Shown piece by piece: positions 54,160 through 64,000 of a stretch of DNA of 64,000 nucleotides. Under the pieces are notes generated by a model that ran no database searches, was not told where the DNA came from, and saw only the letters and a program-made list of their open reading frames with translations. The stretch lies in contig NC_089434.1 in assembly GCF_026210795.1 (NCBI RefSeq), positions 3,782,001 through 3,846,000 of the forward strand, written 5' to 3'. Within the stretch, counting starts at the first letter, position 1. Each line of letters starts with the position of its first letter. A program made the position numbers and the translations under genes. The DNA comes from Rhizophagus irregularis. Lineage: Eukaryota.

Positions 54160-54670
54160 TAGTGAAGAAAATATTGAAGAAGCTATAAAGGATGCTTTTA
54201 TGTAAACAGATAATGTTTGGAAAGATGAAAGTTCTAAATTTTTTGCCTGATGAAAAAGACCTTGCTTTCTAAGTACAATGATAGTAGTACTGCAGTAGTA
54301 ACTGTGATAACTCCAAACAAAATTGTCTATGTTGGAAATCTTGGAAATTCACGTGCTGTTATGAGCAATTTTGATAGAGAATCTCAAAGAATAATCATTC
54401 AAGCAGGAAGAAACCCAGAAAATTATAATGTATCCGTTCTTTTGATGACTTTAAAGTGAAGCGTGTAAGAATAATCCTGATAAAGGACCAAAAGAACAAA
54501 TTTTCATTGCTTACCCGATATGATCATGTTCCGTAAAGTTGATACAGATACTGATTTCTTAGTCTTAGCACGTGATGGAATCTGGGATCGCATGTCATTT
54601 GAAGATGTCATCAATTTCATCAATAAGGATATTAAAATAGATAAAGCTCTGAGTAAAGCTTGTGAAATTA
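54160..54670 (+). pseudogene. PP2C-type protein phosphatase pseudogene fragment
   Basis: EEAIKDAFM*TD; SSTAVVTVI..VYVGNLGNSRAV; IAYPD; DTDFLVLARDGIWDRMS..LSKACE. Confidence 0.85.
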
Positions 54671-54969
54671 ACTATCTATAAATTTCTTTAGAACATACTA
54701 AAAATTTCGAGTAATCTATTGAATATTAGATGATAAAATTTTAGTATTTACCATAAATGACGTTTTATTTCACTAGTTTAGCACTAAGAATTACATCAAC
54801 CAAAAATTTCTCTAAAATGTATCACCGTTATCTCATCTTATATACTGTTAATAAAAATTTGATTTTATCTTTAAAAAAACGATTAAGCAAGCATAAGATT
54901 TTATTTATTTCAAAATAAATTTTATTTGCATATAAATAAAAACTCGTAAAACATCTAATTGTTTGGCAT

Positions 54970-56470
54970 TTATCTCCTAATGATTTGAAATACTTCATAA
55001 TCTCCTATTGGGAAATCAGCTTCAGTATCTCTTATCCTTTTTTCGTAATGCTCCTTACTACAATAAGTTACGTTGAAGTCTGTAGATACATCATCTAAAT
55101 CTAAATTTTTATAAGAATTTATGTTAAGATCATATCCAAACTGTGGACCACATTTAATGCTATTATCTAAAGCACAATTGGCATTTTTTACATTACTTAA
55201 AATTGCATCATTAATATCCATATTTTTAAATGAAAAAATAAAACTATCTTTAGTTTGGGTCCATAAATCAGAAGATTCCCATTCTAGAGGATTATATCCA
55301 CCAAGAATTTCTCCAGTTTCTTCCACTTTAATAAATGTAACAGTTCTAGGTTTACCATCACATAATTCATGAAATTTTTTAGGGGTAAATCCATCTCGAC
55401 TTCCTCTTAATAATAAATCAAATTCATATGGTAAATATGATTCTATACAATTATCATCATTAATAATCACTTTATCAACCCATTTTGAGACAGTTGAAAT
55501 AATATTAAAATCAATAATTTGTGAAATTATTCTTGGACTTAAAATGTTGTCATTTGACACACTACCAGGATCCAAATGAGAATTTGACAATTCTTCATAT
55601 AGTCGTTGACCTAAGAGTTTTTGATATGGACGAACTTTTTGTGAAAATTCCCTGGATGATAAACAATAAAATCTAATTAAAGGCAAACAGTGCTGTAAGA
55701 TATTTTTCATTGTTTTAAAATCATCATCTGACCAAGTTTTAGGGTCTGGAATAAGATTTGGATTTTTTGCAAGACCCCATTTTAATACATGCTCCCAAAT
55801 TTCAACTTCTTTCGTTTGTAAATCCTCTCTTTTAATAAGCGAAATTAATGACTTTTCAGAAAGTGAAATAAAGTCAATTGAATTAAATACTTTATCAGGA
55901 AATTGAGCCATTAAATTTGTACAAAATTCGTGAAGTTCTAATAAATTATTAGATTGCGAACTAATATGTTGAGCAAACTCAAAATGATGTTCTATCCACT
56001 CTGGCTTTTTTTCAATTAAATATTCTTGTAAATAATCAACTAATTCTTGTAGATGAAGATTATCTGCAGCGACCAAAACTTTAAGAAAGTCAGAAGTATC
56101 GTTCACATTTAACGGAAGAATACCGCCATAAATATACCTATATTACAAAAATTTAATAAATATTATATTATCAGTTATAACTTATGACTATTATTTAACT
56201 TGTTATATAAACTTACTCTAAAATTATTTGAAATATTTCTGATGAAATATTTGATAGTTTAATATGTACTAAATCATTATAATTGTTCCTTTTATTGGAA
56301 GCAAAAATTCGTCGAAAATATGGAGAACGGTAACACAAAATATTCATGTGAGCACGAAATATTTTTACGTTAGTGTCTTCACCAACTTCAATTGTTGTAT
56401 CATAATATTTATCATCTTTCAATAATTCAAGGTAATTTTGACTTAATTTCGTAAAAAATTGAGTAGACAT
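54970..56470 (-). CDS. BTB/POZ-BACK-TLDc domain protein, 473 aa, two exons (56470-56217, 56137-54970)
   Basis: A 79-nt GT-AG intron (56216-56138) joins QIILE-YIYGG in frame; BTB (FRAHMNILCYRSPYF), BACK (EVEIWEHVLKW), TLDc (LLLRGSRDGF, ILGGYNP, GPQFG, YEVFQI). Confidence 0.93.
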
Positions 56471-57097
56471 TTTTTTTTAAAAGAAAGATTTTTATTGTGA
56501 GAAAATTTATAATTGTTTCATAGTAAACTAACCCATTTACGTTAAATTGTTGACAATCTGCACAACCTGCGGCTTATCACTTTCAAATGATTGTTTTTAA
56601 TTTTTGTGGCTTTTTTTTTTTAATATTAATAGCCGCCGCTGTCATATCCCGTGAACTCGGTGGAGGTAGAATTAAGAGCATTTATTAGGCTGTTCTATGG
56701 CAACTTGATTGATCTTTTGATAAAAATATAATGACGGCCATCGGAACATACACATGACCCCGACAGCCAAGTAGATCAGCAGGCGCAGGCATATCATGCT
56801 GTATCTGTCACGTGGGTTCAATTGAGATCTACTTTACTATCCTAAAATGTTTCAGTTAAATTAGAAATTTTATACCGTAACATTTGGTCTGAATAGAGGA
56901 TTAGAAGTTAAATTTCTGCCGGAATTTAATAGAAAATTTGCCAGAATTAATGAAATCCAAGTTTACACTCTCTATGAGGGTAAATTATAAAAAAAATAAA
57001 CAAGATCAATGTTATAAATGTATTTTAATTATACATAGTATTTAAATTACAAAATTTAAAAAATTTACGATTAAATTAATTTGATTTTAATTATTAT

Positions 57098-57440
57098 TAT
57101 TATAGTACGCGAGCAATACACTTATTTTTACAGCAAAATTTTAGCCGATCACCAGTGTTGTACATTTTTGATGTCCGCAGCTTTTTTTGGTTGTCCCGGA
57201 CATGTCCGCGCTCTGTCCATACTCTTCTGTAACTTAAAATTCTTTACAAAAATTATATTTATTTATGCATAATTGGATGCTAAACATTTTTGCTAAGTAT
57301 TGAACAAGGTTATCATAGAAAAATTTCGAGGGGTTATCATTTCTTTTTTGTGTAACATGTCCCGGACATTGTCCCGTGACAACACTGCCGATCACCCATT
57401 AATCATGTGATATTGCTGATATTTCTCGCGTGCTATAATA
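57098..57440. mobile_element. Small inverted-repeat element hosting the hAT MITE
   Basis: TATTATAGTACGCGAGCAATA versus TATTTCTCGCGTGCTATAATA. Confidence 0.65.
57153..57387. mobile_element. hAT-type MITE, 8-bp TSD
   Basis: CCGATCAC|CAGTGTTGT ... ACAACACTG|CCGATCAC; internal TGTCCCGGACA repeats. Confidence 0.92.
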
Positions 57441-58632
57441 TTATCGTACGACCTGAATATTACTTTTAATAAAATGTTTTTTCTAATATTATAATATTAA
57501 TAATAACAGCAGTGTTTATTACAAAATGAATAACTCCTTCTACTAACAACAGCAATAAATAATATACAATATATAGTTTATCCGATGGTATAAGCTTTAA
57601 TCAATATGTAACCGTACGATAATATAAATTCTTATACCTAAAGGTTTTTGGTGATACATTCATTAGTTTGCTTATGATTATTTGTTGTAAAATATCTATG
57701 ATCTTAATAATTACGTACAATTTGATCAAATCTTTATCTTTTTCCTTTTTTTGAAGTATTTACCAAAGAAAAATAAATCAATACGAACTGATTATTTTAA
57801 ACTATTATACAGACTTATCTCAAAATTACAGGATCGGTCAAAGTTATAAAAAACATATTAATTCATAATTTTCTAACTAAATAAATGTCTTAATACTTTT
57901 AATTTTTTTATAAAATTTTCTATACTATTCTAACTATTTATCTAAACAATATATATTAAACTACTATTAAAGTTTAATCTGAAAGGTCACATCCTTAATC
58001 TTAGTAATTTCTTTGTGTAAACTTGCAGAAACAAGCTTCATAGTCTTTCTAATTATTTAGTTCTGCGTGAAGTATTTGACATTTTTTGCATTAATTTTGA
58101 AAAATATAAAATACAATATTCAAAATATGATGTATTTAAAAACATTTATTAATATTTTTATCGTAGAAATGGATTTGTTAAGAGCTATTTACTACTACTA
58201 CTTGACCATAATTTTCACACTTTATTCATTCTTAATTTTTTCATGCCTCATCAAAGATAAGTAAGATAATTAATGCAAAGGTAATATGGAAGATATGGTC
58301 TCAATTCAAAAAATATATCTCTTGATACATAATTAAATAAATATTGTATAAGATAAAAGATAAATAAATTTTCTTTTTGTTTAAAATTTACTCAATTTAA
58401 AATTGCATAATAAACTTTTCAAAATTATTATTTATTTACGTATATACAATAAAATTTTCGATCCTTCAAGGATAATATGAAATACCTTATATTTCTTTCA
58501 TTTACCATATTTACTAGACAAGGTTCATTTACCAATCATATAATATTATTATTTATCTTCCTAGCTTAAAGACAAAAAAGTTTATGTGCGAACTATACTC
58601 TGTATCCACCTTGATTTTCGTTAATTAAAAGG

Positions 58633-58730
58633 TTTTTTACTTCAAATACCGGGGTGATCATCACCGTTGGCCAGAATTATCAAATTTTACCGGCACTCTA
58701 TTTTTTTAATGCTGGTCGATTGTCATAATT
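58633..58730. repeat. Inverted copy of the 2301-2400 repeat
   Basis: Direct manual alignment to the reverse complement of 2301-2400. Confidence 0.85.
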
Positions 58731-60299
58731 CTACATAATACGAATCCCTATAAAAAAATTGGATACGTTTTTTATAAAGTTTTTATACGATTTTTTTTCC
58801 TTAGAAATAAAGTATCATAATAGGATACGGAAAAATGCACAATTCCGTATCACTAAAAATATGGTTTGGATACGGAATTTGCACGGGATTTATATGGAAT
58901 TTACATGATTTGATCACTGATTTTATCACGAAATTTATACGATTTGGTCACTGAATTTACTATTTGTATTACAGTTTACTATAATTGTATTTACATAAAT
59001 CTAATTTTACTTTTATTAAATTAAATAAAAAATAAAAAATAAACAAAGTACAAATACATTATGAAAATTCCCTCCTTATTAAAACCACCTATTGCAACCA
59101 AAATTATCTATAAGTTCAGGTTCATTTGGAGTCAAACAACCTAAAAGAACAAAAAAAAAGATTGGAAACAAAACCCCCATATAGTCTAATCTGCAATCGT
59201 CCAAGTCACCAAAGGTCAGCATTCCTACAAAAAAAGAAAGAGAACTCCAGAATGTCTGATCTAGTACATAAAAGAAAAGAATTATGAGGTGTCTAATGAA
59301 AAAGAAACCAAAACAACAAAATAAATCCAAAACTGACCTACAAAAAAAGAAGACTCTGAAGCAACAAAACTGAAACAACCTACAAAAAAAAAAGAATCTG
59401 AACCCAATCATCCTACAAAAAAAAAAGGACTCCCAAACTGATCTACAAAAGAAACTGAATATTCTCACAAAAAAAAATCTGCTGGCCTATGAAATTAAAT
59501 ATAAATAAAAAAGAAAGGGGAATAGTAAAGAATAAACCAAAAAAAATATTTTTTTAAAAAGAGGGGTAATGAAGTTAGGAAAGTTAAAAAAAAATTTTTT
59601 TTTAAAGGGAAGACGTCAAAGTTAGAAAAATAAAAAATTTTTTATAAAGAGGAAATAGAAATAGAAAGAAGAATTTTTTTTTTAAAAAAAAAGAGTGGGA
59701 ATAAAAGAAAAAATTTTTTTTTAAGGGACGAAAAAAAATTTTTTTTCAAAGGAGTTTTTTTCAAGTGAGGTATGAAAAAAAAAATTATTTTTAAAAGGGG
59801 GTGACGAAGAAAGAAGAAAAATTTAAAAAAAAATAACAAAAATAAGACAAGAGAAAGAGAAAGGAAAGGAAAGACAGAAAGGAAGATCGGTAGATCAAAC
59901 TCATCAAAGTAAGGGTTTATATAAAAAACAACTAGAACTGTACTGCTATGGCCGCCTGGCGGCGGCCTTCAAAATAAAATTAGGTGTAACATGAGCATAA
60001 ATGCATAGTCAAATAAACACTTTTTTTAAAGAACCCCTAATTGCTTTATTATACTTATATGATAACTGATAACATGATAATCTAGGTTTGTTTATGAAAT
60101 AGGAAGCGGTTGTGATGCTACTTGTTCTAAGCAAGAATATTCTTTAATCACATTTGGATCTACTTTGAATGCATCTCTATTTAAATTCATTGTTTGAATT
60201 TGATTCCATTTAGGACATCTGATTCAGTTTTATTATTAATTATGATTTAATGTTAGTAATAAATTATTAAAAAAATTATTAGTAATCAAATTATTATGA

Positions 60300-60910
60300 A
60301 AGTTTTAATAGTTCGTATATATATGATCAGTGATCTATAACATATATTTGTAATATTATTATTAAGGATCAACAATTAAATTTTACAATAACTTCAATTT
60401 TTTTTTAATAAAAAATAAATAAATATAATGTTTATTACATATAAGATATAAAAAATACCAGATAATAAAAATGAATTTTAAAAACAGTTCGTATTTGTCA
60501 GGTGATCTATGACATGCGTAATAGTACGATCAGCAATTAAATTTTACGTTGACTTCGTTGACTTCAAATTTTTTTTTTTGAACTAATTATACTTTGATAT
60601 AAAAATAAAATAAATGCAACATCTTTTATTTCATTTATTTCATTGAAAAATAAATAAAGTACTTATTAAATATAAAATATAAAAAACAATAGATAATAAA
60701 AAAAGAATTTCAAAAACAGTTCGTATTTGTCAGGTGATCTATGACATGTGTAACATGATCAGCAATTAAATTTTACGTAGACTTCAAATTTTTTTTTAAA
60801 CCACTTTTCTTTGACATAAAAAATAAAATACGTTTTTTATTTCATTAAAAAAAATAAATATAGCACTTATTACATATAAAATATAAAGAACAGATAATAA
60901 AAAAAATTAA
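60300..60910. repeat. Diverged tandem repeat, ~175-230-bp units, 3 copies
   Basis: AGTTCGTAT..GTGATCTAT..GATCA(G/A)CAATTAAATTTTAC at ~60310, 60486 and 60718. Confidence 0.85.
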
Positions 60911-60948
60911 AGAAAAGATTATTACTGGGTTACATTAGTTCATAAACA

Positions 60949-62860
60949 TTATTTAGTTTTTTGTTTTTTTCTACCTCTTGTTGAATTTGAAATTTTTGGT
61001 GTATTATTTTTTTTTTTAATATTTTCATTTCTCTCTTCATTTTCTTCAATATTTTCACATTTCTTTCTTCATTTCTTCAATATTTTCATTAATTCTTTCT
61101 TCATTTTCTTTATTTGTAATAGAAGTTTCACTATCATGAATTTCATCACTTTGTTGATTTTGCAATAGCAAAGATCTTGAAATATCTGCTATTTTAGTCA
61201 TATTTGTTTTACGTTTATTTTTGGTTGGTGTCATTGATGATGATGGTTGTGTTGTTGAATTCTGTTGTATGAGAGAAATTCTTTGTTCTATAACAGATTT
61301 TGAAGATCCTTCATTACGTGAATCAGATTTTGATTTCCATGGAACTACAATACTGTTATCTGATTCTATTTTGCTGATACAAACTGAAATTCCAAAATTT
61401 CACAGTATAATTGATCTTTTGCAAAAAAACATACTCCTGTTGTATGAACTGTTGAATTTTTTCTGGCTTTTGATAACATGTTCTTAAATCGCCCATTTGG
61501 TGGGTGAGTTAAATTTACAGTAAATGGATGTATTTGTAAAGTATATCCACTTTCTGTTAACTCTGCATACCCCAAAAAGTCTTTCCAAGAAGATGTACAG
61601 TTGGTTTTATTATAGGAATATCTTCCTTATCGATAAGGAGTTGTACATTAGTTGTAATAGAGATGTTTATTGAACCATCTTGAGTTGTTGAAAATTTTCC
61701 TGTAATTAAGTATACATTTTCTGCCTTAAGTGGCAAAGTTACTTCAGATTAAGGATGGTCATCGGTCCTACCGGTCCTACTCGGTCCTGGACCGGTCGGT
61801 CCCGGGACTTGTAGGACCAGACCGTGGTCTTGCATTTTTTTGTGGCGCAGTAGGACCGGTCCCGAGGACCGACCAGTCCTCATATCGGTCTTCATATAAT
61901 AAATGATTTTTATATTGAATAAATCTATTAATCTGATGAAGGTCTTTATAAAATAATATAAAGACCGACCAATTCTAAACCAATAAACAATGACAATCAC
62001 TTCTCCCCACTTGTAGAGTTGCCTGTCAAAACGCTAACTCCAAAAAAAGCGTTTAAGCGGAATATCTCGTCATCCAGTGATCATAAAACGATGAAACCAC
62101 TACCATTCGAATCGTCTCAACGAGATGCGTCGAATGGTGGCTAAATCATATTTCCAGGATCGATAGATAGCTGGAAATTATTGAATTTGTTATAAAATAG
62201 TTTTGCCGATGTAAATTTTTTCTATTGATTATAAAATAATGATTTTGATACCATTCAACGCGCCTCATTGAGACGATTCGAATGGTGGTAGTTTCATATT
62301 TTTATAATCACTGGATGGCGAGATATCACGATTATTATCACCAATACAATAATAGTAAGTGCATGACGCATGTGATGATCATTTGTAAAAAAAAAATTTG
62401 TATATTTAAAAACATCCCGATTAGTGTTCAATATTTATAAAACAAGGCTATTCCTAATAAAGTTAAGGAAAAAAATTTTTTTATTTGTAAAAAAAAAAGA
62501 AAAAAGACTGATCGGTCTTAAAAAGACTGCGGTTCTTAAAAAGACCGACGGTCTTATTATATGTGATACAGGACCGAAAGACCGCGGTCCTACACTAAGA
62601 CGGACCGGTCCGTCTTTTTATGGTGTAGGACCGTAGGACCGCGGTCTTTTAGGACCGATGACCATCTTTACTTCAGATCCATCATCTGAATCAAGGTCTG
62701 TGTTATTTATTAAAGTCATATAATTGTAAAATTTATATATTTGAAATGCATCTTCATTATCAATTCAGGAAATAGCCATGCCTTTCTGCAAGACACCATT
62801 ATTAATAGTTTTATCAGTCACAGAGAGTATATACACGATGGTTGTAATGTTTGCAATCAT
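60949..62860 (-). pseudogene. Uncharacterised beta-rich (possibly OB-fold) protein gene disrupted by a hAT insertion
   Basis: MIANITTIVYILSV..DSDDGSE|VTLPLKAENVYLITGKF..PTVHLLGK..HPPNGRF..STVHTTG..LYCEILEFQFV, then a low-complexity S/T/E tail; the frame is restored by removing the element plus one TSD. Confidence 0.6.
61750..62670. mobile_element. Non-autonomous hAT element (921 bp), 8-bp TSD
   Basis: CTTCAGAT|TAAGGATGGTCATCGGTCCTA ... TAGGACCGATGACCATCTTTA|CTTCAGAT; dense subterminal GGACCG/CGGTCC repeats. Confidence 0.95.
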
Positions 62861-62999
62861 ATTTCGAAATTTTTTTTGAATCTGATTATTATTAAAATGA
62901 AAAATGAATAAAAGTAAAAAAAAAGTAAATGAATTACTTATATTTATAAAAAAAATTATGACTTTTATATATTTATAATATATTTTATTTTTTTAAAAA

Positions 63000-64000
63000 A
63001 AGTAATAATATTACAATTACTTATTGCAAAATTTATGATTTATTATAATTATTTATGATTTATGATTATTAAAAAAATGTGATTTTATTACAATTTATTA
63101 CAAAATTATGATACATTTTATTTAAAACTTAAAAAAGTGGTTCCATTGAAAAAATTACGATTTTATTATTTATTAATATATGAAAAATTTTGATTTTTAT
63201 CAAATTTATTAAAAAAAATGCAATTTTATTGAAAAAATTACGATTTTATTACAATTTATTGCAAAATTATGATGATTTTATTACATTTATTTAAATTTAA
63301 AAAAAAGTAGTTTTCATTGAAAAATTGCGATTTTATTATTTATTTACATTGAAAAAAAATTGATTTTATCAAAAATTTATTACAATTTATGTAATAAAAT
63401 TAATTTATTAATTTATATAATAGTTTATAATTGAAATAACATAATCTCATTAACTGTTAAATATTACTTTATTAATTAAATAAATGATAAAAAAAAGGGT
63501 AATTTTATTAGAACTAATTTGTTTATAGTTACTATATGCGGCTTTAAATTTTCTAACCTGTGAATTCAATTTTAGTTTATTTTCATTGTAACGTAAATGA
63601 TGATCATCTTTCAATTTTTCAATTTGTAAATTTATTTATTTTTTATTATTAAAAAAGTGTAATAATCTGTTGAAAAAAACCATACTTTTATAATTATAGC
63701 TATAAAAAAAGGGTGGTTTCATTGTAACTAATTTATTTATATTTATTAATTGCGGCTTTAGTTCTTTTAACTAATATTAACATGTGAATTTAATTGTAGA
63801 TTATTTTTCATTGTGACGTAAATGATGATCATCTTTTGATTTTTAATTTGTAAATTTATTAATAAAAAAAAGTATAACTAATTTATTTATAGTTACTATA
63901 TACAAGTTTCAATTTTTATAACATGTGAATCCAATTTAGATTATTTTTACTTACTGTGACGTAAATGATGATCAACTTCAATTCACAAAATTTATTTAAA
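63000..64000. repeat. AT-rich diverged tandem repeats
   Basis: Recurring GATTTTATTACAATTTATT and CATTGAAAAA(A)TT..GATTTTATT (63000-63400), and TGTGAAT..ACGTAAATGATGATCA (~63560, 63785, 63925). Confidence 0.75.

Larger units (their letters stand above)
59932..64000 (-). mobile_element. Helitron 3' end and body, extending beyond the window
   Basis: Perfect GGCCGCC-N4-GGCGGCC hairpin (59950-59967), followed 14 nt later on the minus strand by CTAG|T (59935-59931); internal tandem repeats and a co-oriented gene. Confidence 0.72.

Noticed and set aside
61749..62636. GPTGPGP-type ORFs (61749-62000, 62424-62636)
   Set aside because: Translations of hAT subterminal GGACCG repeats
1..64000. tRNA, rRNA or bacterial (endosymbiont) operons
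   Set aside because: None recognised by eye; tRNAscan-SE and Infernal were not run

Overview
Very AT-rich eukaryotic DNA with short GT-AG introns. The gene families present (BTB/POZ-BACK-TLDc genes, CxxC..WC..C/NWTSGN kinase-associated repeats) point to an arbuscular mycorrhizal fungus (Glomeromycotina, Rhizophagus-like); this is an inference. The window is mostly decayed transposons: pogo/Tigger, Ty3/gypsy, LINE, Helitron, hAT, Harbinger and CCC..GGG MITEs. Only one host gene is clearly intact (BTB-TLDc, 54970-56470), alongside several pseudogenes. Three observations stand out. (1) A near-intact 3852-bp DNA transposon (12277-16128) has perfect 14-bp TIRs and a 9-bp TSD and encodes a ~930-aa Academ/P-like DDE protein fused to a C-terminal RING finger. 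(2) A Ty3/gypsy relic carries ~3 kb of accessory genes between RNase H and a separately started integrase: a CCHC/Cys-rich protein, a coiled-coil protein and a thymidylate/deoxynucleoside-kinase-like P-loop enzyme. (3) A seven-copy double-hairpin array is interleaved with retroelement fragments. All calls come from manual reading and translation; no searches were run.
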